64,000 nucleotides of DNA, taken from the NCBI GenBank assembly GCA_011109175.1, contig RDEW01000008.1, forward strand, positions 470,369-534,368. The letters are read 5' to 3'. This document shows positions 25,161-37,775 of this stretch, piece after piece; the stretch's first letter is position 1; each line of letters opens with the position of its first letter. The notes beneath the pieces were generated by a model. The model was not told the origin of the DNA. It ran no database searches and worked only from the letters and a program-made list of their open reading frames with translations. The position numbers and the translations under genes are program-made. Source of the DNA: Dicyema japonicum. Lineage: Eukaryota > Animalia > Dicyemida.

Positions 25161-26299
25161 TTAAAATCAGACTTTTATGTAATAAAACATTTTTTCTTAA
25201 TTTTGATAATATTGATGTTTTTGGTTATTCGTAATGATTTTCTCTTTTTGTAATTGAGTAAAATTATCTAGTGTAAATTCTTACCTCTTATAATTTCATA
25301 TTTTTCAACACTTTTATTTATTTTTTAAATCAATATTCATAGACCAATTATCTGAACGATGAACTATGCAGTTCCTGTCAGTGGTCCCTTTCATCAACAA
25401 CAAACATCTAAAAATACACTCAAAACTCTGCTCTAAGAATAATTACTAATACCACATCAACTGACCACTACACTGAGAATCAAAATTTCTCATAATTAGG
25501 TACCATTTCACTGTGCTCATCAACACAAGTGTAAAACGTCAGGACATCCAACTCATTGCCTTTAAGTTTCCACAAACAAAAAGAGAATTATTCCTACCCT
25601 TGGTGATCGAATTCGGATTCTTCAACCATCCTAGAGACTAAGTCTTCATTTCACGTCTGAAAATTATCCACGATTGAATTTCCACAAATTCCATCAAAAG
25701 CCTTGATACCAACAAACTTCTTTTATCACATTGATTGACGTTCCTATCTGAATAGAATTGTGCAATAGTCCTCTCCACTTTACTCATCATTCCTTCTTGA
25801 CGACCATACCATTTCTCATTCAAAATGAGAATATTATCATCCAAAATGGTACAGTGTCATTCACAATGAGAATAGTGTCAATAAAAATGAGGATGTCTAA
25901 GTCAGTGGCTAGACATCTCAATGCTTGAATGTATATCCTAAAAAATGTCTTTTTGAAAAGCGATTAAAAAAATTGACTGATCAAGTGAATAATGCGTTTG
26001 TGCTTCTATTGCTGAGTACGGACTGAGAATACTTGATGGGTTAGTTCACAATGCAACTCTTTGTAGTAAGTTTGTTGCAGGAATTCAGACTCATTTAAAG
26101 TGACAATGTCCCATTAGAATGGGAAATAGTATAGAATACCTCTTATCCGATCCCACCTCCAAGTTCTCACAAAACCAAATACGTCTACTAGATCTCCAGG
26201 AGCTACCGCTCTAGGATGTGATATTCTGTCTCCTTTACTAGAATAGACTGAGGGTAAATAAAATAATAAATGATGAGGAATATAACGACTCTTACTTAT

Positions 26300-26470
26300 T
26301 AATTGGAATATTTTGATAATAAATCCGCTGCTATCATCCGGTTTCCGCTGCTGAAGATTCGACAAATAGGAAGTACCACGGCATTAGGAGCCGGTTCGCT
26401 TTCCAGTCGATCTCCGTTGAGACTTCTAGCGTTATTGGCCCGAGCAGGTGTTAGTTTATCAGGTTAATGG
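26300..26470 (+). mobile_element. CRE-clade RLE remnant
   Basis: AEDSTNRKYHGIRSRFAFQSISVETSSVIGP. Confidence 0.65.
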
Positions 26471-26599
26471 GGCAGCTTACAGATGAGCCTAGATTGACAC
26501 GATGGTCACCACTATAAAAATTTTAAATCGAATCATCAAAAATTTAATAAGTCAATAAAGTCAATTTAGGTCAAAATTTATAAAGTCAAAAAAATCTCC

Positions 26600-27457
26600 C
26601 TAGTAAAACAGCCATATAAGGTAGTTGATGAATGATTTGACAAAATAATTTCTCTTGACTAACAAGACTACGAATGTGAGGAAGATAACCGTAAGAGGGT
26701 ACAAAAATAGTCTCTTATGCCTCACAAACTTGAGTTCTAAAATACAAACAAGGTACAACGTTGAATTCCCAATGAAATTTGGTAAAAGTAGAAAAATAGA
26801 CCACCCAATATAGGAAAGAGACAAAATTCTGTGCAGAAACAAAACGGGGGATCGTAAATGCAACCAACCAAAGAAAAGAGGTTATAAACAATATTGAAAA
26901 GCAAATAGCCGTTGAAATGAAGGTCGAGGATATATCCCCACTCCACCACCTCATTGAAGGGAGGGACAATCATAAAATTGTTGATAAAATACCATAAATA
27001 ATAATAAAAAAACAAACCAAAGAATCGTGGAAAAGCAAAATCCCACTATGAAGAGATTAAAAACTAATTTGGTGAAAATATTTTGAATTATAGTATCCAA
27101 CGTAAAATAACAAAATAAATTTTAGAAGAAAAAAAATACTAAAGTTTGAGAAAATATTACCCATGGTAAGGCCGATAATGTGTACAAGAAAAGACGGGTC
27201 GTCACGTGCCCAATATCCCTTTGCTTCTGTGAAATAATAAAGTCAATTATTACTTTTTCTGAAGTAAAAATGTGTATATCTATAAATTTGATAGTAGGAA
27301 AGGCAAACACTCTTTTAGGGTTCACAATAAGCCAGAAGGTCTGCCATCTAGCGTACCCCATGTCCATTTGATTAACATTTATGAGTCGCCTGAAGTACTG
27401 AGAAACTTTAGTAGCACCATCTACTGTTTTTGTCCCACCTAACACTGAAGTCTTCAT
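26600..27457 (-). CDS. UNC50: UNC-50 family Golgi membrane protein; in-frame TAA and a non-AG acceptor as assembled
   Basis: Spliced product contains SQYFRRLINVNQMDMGYARWQTFWLIVNPKRVY, YWARDDPSFLV, VEWGYILDLHFNGY and KFVRHKRLFLYP, the hallmark UNC-50 motifs (QMDF..A.WQ, QWARDDPAF, VEWGY.FDVH.N). Introns of 29, 27, 22, 25 and 23 nt. TAA at 27122-27124 is in frame. Confidence 0.9.
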
Positions 27458-27869
27458 TAAATTCAAATAATTAGAATATTTAATTTTTTAATTTTTATTG
27501 GCAAAATGTTAAAATTTATTAATATTGCGAGTTTTCTAAGTGTCATAAGTGCCTAACAAAATCCATATTGCCTATATTCAATAAAGAACTTCCTACAGAG
27601 CAAACGACAGGACGTCCTCTCCTGACCTTACGCTTGCTTGCCCCTATCCCGCATCAGAAACTTGAGGGTTCTTCCTTTTCATTTATACAAACCCAAGAAT
27701 AACGTCTGAAGTTATATACGGTCGATTTGAAACCCGAACAGTCAAAGACTCAAGACATTTTTCAGACTGATACATCTCCTGTGTGTCTTTTTAAAAATTC
27801 TAGAAAAGCTCATTTTTGATCAGATTAAAACTTACCTCCCTATGTATCCTTCCAACATGGATTTTAACT

Positions 27870-27985
27870 AAAAAGCCACGACGCACGTGAGACCCGGTGG
27901 CTTCTTCAGTTTATCTCTGTTGCAATCGTAAGAGGCAACGACGTCGATAATGTCGGTGGGGTTCACTTTAGATGGTTGGCTGTGT
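27870..27985 (+). mobile_element. CRE-clade 3' stub
   Basis: KSHDARETRWLLQFISVAIVRGN, nearly identical to the end of the 62470-63520 copy. Confidence 0.8.
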
Positions 27986-28959
27986 TATTTATTTAATAAC
28001 CCCGAGAAGGGAACACCAAGAAAGAAGGAGTAAACCAACTAATTAAGTGATCCCGGTACACCTCAAAAGGATCGAGAGGTTTTTATTATGTTTCCAGAGT
28101 ACCCACGGTTTCCTCTACCGACGACGATCATATTTCATTAAAATTTGAAGAGGGGTGGGTTTTTCCCCAATTTACTGTTTTTGAGGCTTCTAGTCTTGAA
28201 CGACTTGTTTCGTGACCACACAAACTGATGAAACCGAAGCCGTTGTTTTCTATTGAGGAGTGGTCAAGCATTGGAGGAAAGATCGGCAGGTAGATTAGTT
28301 AGACGTACAAATTTGGCTGTTAAAGAATGGATCTTGTACAAATTTTATATTGAAACTCCATGAGCCCATAAGGCACAAGCATACTCAACCGTCGGTTTTA
28401 AAAGTTGATCGTACAAAACGAAAGCGCATTCCCGTGAAGGCCTGGACTTTGAGAATGATTTCATTTTATTCAGTTTCCTAAACTCTTTTCATAACGTTCT
28501 TCACGTGTTGAGAAAATGTCATCAAAGGGTCAAAAGTCACTCCCTGACTATGTTAATTTAATTACATTATTGATTCTTTTACTTTAAAAAATGAAGTATT
28601 AAATTCTATCGAAATAAAATTCAATTCCCATTTACTTTTTTTTTATTTTAATATTTTCATTAAATCTTCTAATTGATGTAATCGGGACAACATCTTCGTT
28701 TTCAACGTTCTCAAGAAGATCCTTTTCAATTTCGCTTAACTTTTATGCTATTTTATTCTTGTTTAGGAGTTTCACTTTAGTAGTTTCTTCATGGATGAGT
28801 ATCTCATTATCATTAATTAATGATGTTATTTTTTCTTCATCTATTGCATTTTTCAGAATAATTTATAGTCATAAATTATTCGATTTCAATCGGATCTGAA
28901 TATCCGTATTAGATAACATTTCTTATGTTCAAATTTACTAAAGGTGTGCCGATTTTTTT

Positions 28960-29520
28960 CAACCTATTCATGGCGGACATCTCCACTCCAGACTTCGAAA
29001 TGATATTATTCTAATTTATGCCGACGATATCGTCATTGCGTCACGCGATCAGGACATCCAGATTGCCACTTCGAAATTGCAAGAAAATCTGGACCGTATT
29101 GACAAATGGCTATCGAAGAATCTCCTAACTGCCAGCAGTGAAAAGTCAGTCACAACCCTACTTACTTCAGACAAGAGACTGAGAAGACGGACGGTCGAAC
29201 TGAAAGCAAACAATGAAGCTATTTCTTTCAGAAAATCCCAAAGGATCCTTGGGGTGGCTTTTGACATGCATATGTCATTCTCTCCCCATGTTGAAAACGC
29301 AATTACGAAATGAGAAAAGAAAACTAATGTTCTGAAATGCCTCACAGGCTTATGGAAGATCGGAAAGCATTTTGTTTTGAGTACTGTTTATAAACAATTC
29401 ACTGAACCATGCATCTTTATGTATGTGGTATATGAGGTCCACTCATCTCTTGGACGAATGTCTTGAAGACCGAGGCTAGCCGAAGAAGAGCCTCCAAAAT
29501 CAAGGAACGCTGGATTTCTG
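28960..29520 (+). mobile_element. L2/Jockey-type LINE 3' fragment
   Basis: LFMADISTP..LIYADDIVIASRDQD..LQENLDRIDKWL..KSQRILGVAFD. Confidence 0.8.
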
Positions 29521-30479
29521 GAGAACTCCAGCAAATTTCGGAATTGGCAAATTTCCACTAAAATTAGAATATTTCTTTAAAAAATGGCAAATCTGAGAAT
29601 TGGCAAATTTAAGAGAGTGCTGTATTTGGATTACAAACTTCTTAACGGATGGAGAAGGATAATTCACATTCGAAATCTGTTACTAAATTTCTTCCACTGG
29701 GATCCTACCATTTTTTCAACCTCTTTTTGATCGATATGCCCTTCCATACCAGAGACAACACTCTGGTTCTCGCTTATGCAACATTCACTTGGGCCCTATA
29801 AAAGTTCTTCTCGCCACTAATTCAAACTCCTTTGGAGAATTTGTTAGGAGAACGGGAGCTCTATTGACATCCCCAAAATTCCGAAGTGTTTGTATATACA
29901 GGTTCTCATGATGAACAGCAGAAAAGATGAGACGGCTGCTTAAGCAGGCCAGGATCACCTGACGATCACGTATTCCCTTTAATTTGTCTTTGATTCTTTG
30001 TTTTAAATAAATAAAATAGGATTCTGAGTCGAATCTCGCTTTTTTGCATTCAGGCTGAAGGTTGCACACATCTACGATCCTTCTTATTTTGATGAGTGAG
30101 TCCATCCGAGGTGAATACCTCACATCGGAACCGAATTGTCTTTAGTGCCTCACATGCAAGAAAAAGTTAAAAGCAGGAATACTAGGTTCTCCTATATAAC
30201 CGGTTCCTTAATTCCACGGTTGAGTATGCTATCAGCATTTAATTTAAAATTAAAAAAAACTCAACTTGGCATTGACCCATACAAAGGGTCGGATACCTCT
30301 TTTTTGCTGAGTTCATCATTAATTAAAAAAATGGAGTCAGTTTCCTATAATTTAATTGATCGTCATTATAAGAACCCAAATCCGCAAGTTCTGCAATAAG
30401 TTCACACTCTGCAAACTATCCCAAAGAAGAACAGTGTAATCTCCCGTCAGCGGTGAGGACACTCGAGTAACACGAGGGT

Positions 30480-32100
30480 ATATTGCTTCTATCATAAAGA
30501 ATACAGGATCATTTAATTAGTCTAGGGTTCTGCTTTTGTTGTGCTTTTTGCTATACGTTCTGCCAGTTTTCTTTATGCAGCTTTTCTATGCTTTCGTAGT
30601 TCATCGAGGTCGTCTGCTGTTTTCATTTTTCCACCGACTTGATCCAGTTAGAGATTAATCTAAGTTTTCTGTTGTCCATAAAAGTTTTAAATTTCATTTG
30701 ATCGACGAAATCTTCCACAATGAGTTACACGGTATCGCCACATAATAAGAATATGTTAAAAAAGTCACCAGCGAGATTCTATCACTTCCCCACTTATAGC
30801 CCCGTTCCTACATAGCTCGTTAAGAGTCCCGTTTTTTATTTCTTCGGCCAGTAGATGCTTATTTTTTAGCTGATTTATGTGAAATCTTTCGAGTCTCTTA
30901 AGATCTGCTTTGGACGTTCCCACGTTCGTTATTTGTACAGTAAAATCGGTTATACGAACACACTAAATAAAAATATCCGAAGATTTAGAAAGAAGTACTT
31001 TCTGTCCGACCAAATTCTTCACATCTTTTTCATTATACAAGTTAACAGTATTTTTGAATAATGTCCTCAGTATCCCCCAGAAGCGAGTTGAGCTGTTTAT
31101 GGACCTCCACTTAACATCAATCCGCATAAGAATCCGTTCAATCGATATCAGGTCAGTTTTTTCTCTGTTAATTTTCAATGACTATCCAAAATATCCGTAG
31201 CTTTATTCACAAATGAATTAAATCGTAGCCAGCGATAGCTCCAAACGATATCAACGGTAAACCTTTCCCGTCTAAATCCACTTTGACTAGGCAATAAGTA
31301 TAGATCAACAAAATTTGATATCCGACAGTATTATCCCATCTAAAATGTCAACTGGACAGTGAGTCTTAATATTCTGTTGAACACAAAAAATATTGTTGAC
31401 AGTCTTTCAGTAATTTTCCACAATATTATCGAAACCAAGGGTTCTGTTATTATTCAAGCACCAGAGATTTTCAAGAATTCCGGAATCCTAGACTTTCCTA
31501 TAACATGAATGAGGTAAGATTAAATTATTTGTTAAAGAGATCGGTTATAAGGTCGGTGGAGCGTTTAGTGTCCAATTCTGTATTTTTAAATTGTCTTAGT
31601 TGATTCTCGGTTGAGTTGTCGCGCAACTATGAAAAAGTATCTCAATTTTCAGCACTATCGCCCAGAAAGTTCCACCATGATTGAGGTACTCTGTTCCTGA
31701 TGTAGAAGTGCATTTTATTTCAGCTTTAACAATCTCTTGACTGATAGATAATTCATTGACCGTGCAGTTGTTTACACTTTGTATTCTCATTTATATTGCT
31801 ATCAAGGGTCGCATCAGATTCTTTGGCTGCTGACATTATAGTTTGAGCGATCTATCACCATGATATGAGATTTTCCATCTATAGAGACTTCATATTCACT
31901 TATTTTCCTCTTGTATCTGTCAAGAAGAACTGCATTATTTTTTAGTTCTTTAGTCCCGCTATCAGAAATAGCACGGTTCACATAGTTTATTCCATAAAAC
32001 CTTTGGAGTCTACCGACTACAATCCTGTGATCCTTATTCATCAATGTTCCTCCATATAATCGGGAGTAGTCTTTTGAACATCTGTTTACACATATATAGT
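30480..32100 (-). mobile_element. Heavily decayed, internally deleted RTE-like LINE
   Basis: DHRIVVGRL (APE end), LPSQSGFRRERFTVDIVWSYRW, LKINREKTDL and terminal KMKTADDLDELR. Confidence 0.7.
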
Positions 32101-32209
32101 CAATTTGGTTGAAAATATTTATTTCCTCTACATTTCTATTCTTTCTGTGGTCAAATCATAGGCCTAACCTCTTCTTGGAAAAGGACCTCACTCTGTCAAG
32201 ACCTACATA

Positions 32210-35010
32210 ATTACGATGTCGCAATCGGTTGTTTACAGGAAACCAAAATCCAAGATAACCACGAAGAAACATGTGGTAAATTCAAATTGATCTTTCTTCA
32301 AACTGTCAACAGGGACTATGGACTGGGTTTTGCCATCAAAATGGAATTTCTCCCCCATATCTACAGAGTATATGCAGTTAATGACCGCATCGGAGTTCTA
32401 CAAATGAAGTTTATGAATGCCAAAGCAAGCACTGACATTGTCTCCATTATCAAGGTATACGCACTTCACAGTGGTTGGATTAACAACGATCCGGCTCTAT
32501 TTGATGACATCTACTCAGATTTATCAGATTTATATTTAGAATTGGCCGCACTTTTATTTATAGTTGGTGATATGAACGCCAAGGTGGGGAGGAGAACAGA
32601 TACCGACGAAACGTTCTTGGGGAGATTCAGCAGGGGAAAAGAAACCTTCCTGGAACCCTGTTAGGAAACTTCTGTCGGTCAAACGATTTGTTCTTATGTA
32701 ATACAGCATTCGCTCACGCTGCAAGACATATGACGACTTGGTGTGGACAACCAAGAAAAATAACGGAGAAATAATAAATATTTTTAACCAGATCGATTAT
32801 ATAATATGTCGATGCAAAGATAAGAGATTATTGACAAATGCGAGATCTTACGGAGTTTGTCCATTGACACTGACCATAAGATGGTCATTGCGAAATTTCG
32901 AGTAAGCTATTACAAACACTCCAAATATACTACCCACCCAAAAAAATACGCCTACAATAAGACTATTAATTTCTCAGATCCACAAATTAAGGAGATATAG
33001 AGAAAACGAATAACCAACAAATTGGATAATATTAACACGAACCAATCATGTTTAAACGTATGGAAAAACGTATCAATGGCGATGCATAAAACATATGATG
33101 AAATGTATATGGAGATTCCAAGCTGGATAAATGTGAATAGTGCAAGTCAAGATATCTCTAATCTAATCAAACTGCAGAGGCAAATTCGACTGCAAATACA
33201 GGAAAAAAAACTATGAATAAATTTACAATAGATGAACTCAGGAAAGAAAAAGCAAGAATACATAAGTCAATAAAGAAAGCTGTGAGGACTGCTACTAGAT
33301 GTGATGCCTTAAACAAATTAGAGCACCTGGAAGGGCTAAAGGGTAACTGGGGATACTACGAAGCTGTTAGGCTACTTAAATGTCACAATAAGAAGAGTAC
33401 CCCTATATTATACGACCAAAATGGAAGACGAATAATGAACCCATCTGAGATTGCCGAGTTGGTTACTGATCACTTCAGGTCGGGGCTAAATACGACTCAG
33501 AATGTGATTTCGGCATTCATTTGTGGATCCGGTGAACTGGGAATGAAAATTGCACCTTATGAGGTGAAATTGGCATGTGAAAGGCTGAAACCTGATAAAA
33601 GTGCGGGCCCGGATGGACTACGTCCTGAACTATTCAAACACGGCGGTGACTACCTCTACGAAATCATTGCGTTGATCATGAACAAAATGTTTGAAGAACG
33701 TGTGTTGTTACCCATTGGAGAGGGTTATTTGATTCCGGTTCCCAAACCAAATAAGCCGAAAGGAAAAGTAACAAACTTGAGACCGATCATCCTAATGAAT
33801 GTTATCAGGAAGATCCTGGCTATTATCACTCTCGAACGTGTAAGAGAGAATTTGGAAGCCTATCTTTCACCATACCATAGTGGATTCCGCGAGGGGAGAT
33901 CAACGGCAGACGTCTTATGGAGCCTAAAATGGAGATGTTCAACCATTCAAAGATTTAGAACATCTTTTGGGATCCTTGGGATTGACATATCGAAAGCGTT
34001 TGATTCAGTTAACCGTTGTAAACTATTGGAATCTATCACGGGTCTATTCGACGCCTCGTCAGTTTCGATGATTAGGGCACTACTGGCTGAAACACAACTA
34101 ACTGTTAAAATTGGAAATACTCAAGCCATGCCATTTTCGACAAATACTGGGACTCCACAAGGAGATCCATTGTCTCCTCTCCTCTTTGTTGCATATCTTG
34201 AGTCTGCGCTACGGGATCTCAAGCCTTTTATTGTGGAGGGAACTAGCATCCTAGCTTATGCAGATGATGTGGACTTCGTCTCGCAAAATGGGGAGGCCCT
34301 ATTGGGATTACTCGAGACGGCACCAAGAGTATTCGAAAAATGGTCACTAAATATCAACAAAGACAAGACAGAGCTGACAACTTTGATGAGGAAGGAATCT
34401 ATTCTGGAAGAGCATTGGCGAAAGGTTAAAAAGCTGGGATCCCTGCTTGGAGATAAAGAAGACATCATTGCACGGAAGATTAAAGCAAATACGGCCTTAT
34501 ACAACTTGAGAAGAAATTGGTTTCTAAGAAAGAAGGGCTTGAATCGAGAGATCAGAACTCGACTATACAATTCGTTAGTCAAACCAATACTCCTATATAA
34601 TGCAAGTTCTTGGTCATTAACCCTAAATGACATTGAAAAACTAAACTCCTTCCATCGGGGACAACTACGATAGATTCATTCGTGCTGGGACCGCATGAGA
34701 ACAAGAAGTCAAGAACTATACTCTATTACGTCTTCTAAACCGATTTCACTAGACGTCATGGAATTTCGTTGGAGTCTATTTGGACACATCCTACGGGGAA
34801 ATATCGAAACCCAGCTAATGTTGCCATGGAGGAATACTTTCAAACCGAGGAGGTGAAGTTCCGAGGACGTCCGAGAGCATCACTGGCCACGACACTGAAT
34901 GAAGACCTGAAGAGAATAGGATTATCTCTAACTACGGGAGATGACCTGGACCACTTGAGGGATTTGGCTCAGGATCGTGGAAAGTGGAGAAAATTAACTA
35001 AAAAATTAAT
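32210..35010 (+). mobile_element. Near full-length RTE-like LINE (APE plus RT), youngest-looking copy
   Basis: APE motifs YGLGFA, VNDRIGVL, IKVYALH, IVGDMNAKVG and TDHKMV. Open 486-aa RT ORF at 33213-34673 (GPDG, LRPI, DISKAFDSV, PQGDPLSPLLF, YADD). C-terminal RGRPR..LATTLNEDL. Confidence 0.95.
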
Positions 35011-35019
35011 GTTTGGTAC

Positions 35020-35200
35020 TGCACTGGTTTTGTCATTTCCAATGGCAAGACGTTGTGCTTATAATAATAATCTATTTCTTCTTCCTCGGTCCAATATCCA
35101 ATTGGATGACAGCAATTCGGTCAGTAACACTCCATACATTGAATAGATGACTCGCAATCGGTAGATTTACTGCAAAACCTATTCCATAATAAGGGCAGAC
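35020..35200 (-). mobile_element. RTE-like APE remnant
   Basis: YYGIGFAV..WSVTDRIAVIQL. Confidence 0.55.
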
Positions 35201-37189
35201 AAATGGTCGCTAATTAGAGTAGCATATGTTTCTATCCACTTTCAAATTCAACTTTTCGCAATTGAAAACAGAGTAGACAGACTGAGAGTACAAAAAGACA
35301 GACATTATTAGAGAGGTGTCAACCACTCAACAACCAACACTGTGTTGATTTATTATCAAAGTCGGTTATTATAAAAATATTATATCTTTATTAAATCTTT
35401 GTAATATTTTAAATAAATTTTTTTATCAAATTTTGTATTATTTATATACTAAACGTGAAAAATATAGAAAATTAACCTATCTTTAATGTACATAGCAATT
35501 TTGATTTTGTAATAAATTTCTCTTTATAAATATTTTCTGCAATTTTGGTATTGAGTGCCGCATCCGCTTTCGTTGTTTAGTCCTGTAAGGTACCTAACTA
35601 TGATGGATTGTCTCTAGTTACGCTTCGGTGCATCTACTGCAATTGATATGTATCAGTGGAGGTGCTCATTGTCAATTGGAATATTGACGTTTTTTTAATA
35701 TATTTTTTTAATTAAATCTCGAATTTATTTTTGCTACCGTAGTATTGACTTAATTTTCACCTCAAGAAGATCCTTGACACAAATCACAGTGTTGGCATCA
35801 TTCAGAAATGCCCTTATTTACTACGAGTTAGAAGTTTAAAATTGTGCCATAGATATTGCAGTTTATTTGACATGTTGATACTGAGAACTTCCAATAATCA
35901 AGAGTAAACCCAAACTAACTATTGCAGCGATCTTGACGAGTTCCATCTAGACACGTGATTCAGAGGACATTGTTCTGGAATCTGAGGTAGAAGCTAGAAT
36001 TCGTCGCCAGAGAGCGAAATTGTCTCCCATTGCAATGAAGAGTTGGATCTGGGCAGGTATTGAGCGTTTCCTGAGTTAGGTGGATCGATGACGTCACTAA
36101 AAAGAAGAAAGAAATCTTTAATCAAGTAGTCACATGACACTAGGAAGCAAAACGATTTTTGCTATATCTTGATTTAATGGGTTATATAATCCCAGTTTTT
36201 CTTAAACAATAACTTGCCTTCTTTGGGACCCTTAAGAATTCAAAATTTACTCACTCAGTTTTGTTCGAATATCTCTTGTCAGAGAAAATAGCGGGAATGA
36301 ATAACTAAAACCTTCATGAAAATTTTGTTATTAGATGATATGCTGTATATAAAAGGAATCCACTCTCCATGTATCCTACTGAAGGTATCCGTCACCAATG
36401 CAAAGATCTATGGTGATGTCATCTATAATATTCCATCCTATTCTTACCTTTGCCAATTTCATTCTGGTTTAGTTTTAACAAGACTACCAGCTTTTAATTA
36501 AAGTCTTTATGAAACTCACAATCCAACTAGCAAAAGCAATAAAGAAAATAATGATCTTTTTAGTCACTTCTTCACGTTTATCCACGTGGAAGTTAAATTA
36601 TTTATATTCTGCTCGTTAGTGGATTGATTTAGTATCGCCTGTTTCCTATTTCTTCGGGATAAGAAATCCCATTATAGAATCACCCACAAAAGTGTACTCC
36701 CAGTCTAATTTTGGAAATTCCTTTGAGTATTGAATCATGGATTGAAGTAAAAAAGTTATCCATTTTTCTTCATTTATCCAATTATCTTCAAATACGTCAG
36801 TTATATCCCCTAACTCGTTTTCACCTCTCGTTTCTCCAAAATATCCTCCCAGAATGAAAACATAATCTGTCGGCAAATCTTAAAGCACTGTCTCGTTCTG
36901 TTTATTTAGGTTTCATAAAAATATATGCGACTGATTTGAGGGCACCAATAGAGTTTTCTATATTTTTTATTAGATTTATTGATTTGAGTTTTTTCCACAA
37001 TCTTCCGGATGCAAACAGTGATTCTCCCAAGTTCACCCTTCTTCGCCTTCAGGTAACCATTCATATTCACAGTACATGTTGATTATTACCCCCAGTCCTT
37101 TCAAATGAAAAAAAAACGAGTGGCTAACAAGATATGAACAAACTATAATCGTATTATAAAAAATAATACTAATAATGTTAATTCCTGTG

Positions 37190-37680
37190 TTCGTAATCGG
37201 GTATTTTATTATTACCCAGGATCACAGGGTTAAAGGAAAAAGTGAGTTTCCAATTAGCTAAGTGACAACAAGACCGATATAGGCGAGGTCCTGACACGAA
37301 TCCTAGATGACTCTCCAGAAAGAGCATGTGTTAGGAATCCTATATGACTCGTATCTAGGACAGTTTTATGGTATTTGTTCATGGTTTCATAGAGGGGGCT
37401 GTTAGGCCAAGTAGCTGTCCTCACCATCTTCTGTCGTCGTCCAATCAAAACTGCTTTCAGAGGGGCGGAGATAAAGTTGCGGCCAATGATTCTTTAGGCA
37501 GCTCATGGATTATGGAAAGTTTCAAGAGAAAAGAGCGGGAAATGGCCATTGACCACGACTCACTTGCGTAGATCAATGTCGGTTGTACAACTTTCTGATA
37601 AACAGTGGAAATGGATCCAGCTTTTCTTCCAATGAGCTTTGAGCTTCAGGATCCTCATTTTCGTAAGTGCCGTAGTCTCC
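37190..37680 (-). mobile_element. L2-type LINE 3' fragment with TAA-rich tail
   Basis: 3' UTR ..CCCTGTGATCCTGGGTAATAATAA is similar to the 16140-16246 stub. Upstream decayed coding sequence. Confidence 0.55.
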
Positions 37681-37694
37681 GGATTTTCAACATG

Positions 37695-37775
37695 TTTTGT
37701 GATTCCGTCATCAGTGATTCATCACTGGGAACCGGATTGTCTCATATATTCACACGCAAACACAAAAAAATGACA
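37695..37775 (+). mobile_element. SINE 3' part
   Basis: ccgtcatcagtgattcatcactgggaaccggattgtct..tcacacgcaaacacaaaaaaaa matches the SINE body and A-run. Confidence 0.65.

Noticed and set aside
25849-25900. TACAGTG start resembling a Tc1/mariner TIR, with a nearby GATGTCTA/TAGACATC hairpin.
   Set aside because: No matching CACTGTA end and no DD34E/D transposase motif nearby.
29520-29620. Repeated GGCAAAT..GAATTGGCAAATTT motif ending in CTG-TA, possibly a pogo-type MITE end.
   Set aside because: No convincing matching inverted end or TA-flanked partner found.
36130-36879. 250-codon minus-strand frame interrupted only by TAA/TAG (12 stops, no internal TGA), suggesting a ciliate-type code or ciliate-derived DNA.
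   Set aside because: TAA density is about what AT-rich random sequence gives. Another frame reads at least as protein-like in the distal half and contains TGA. Confirmed genes in the window end in TAA, TAG and TGA.
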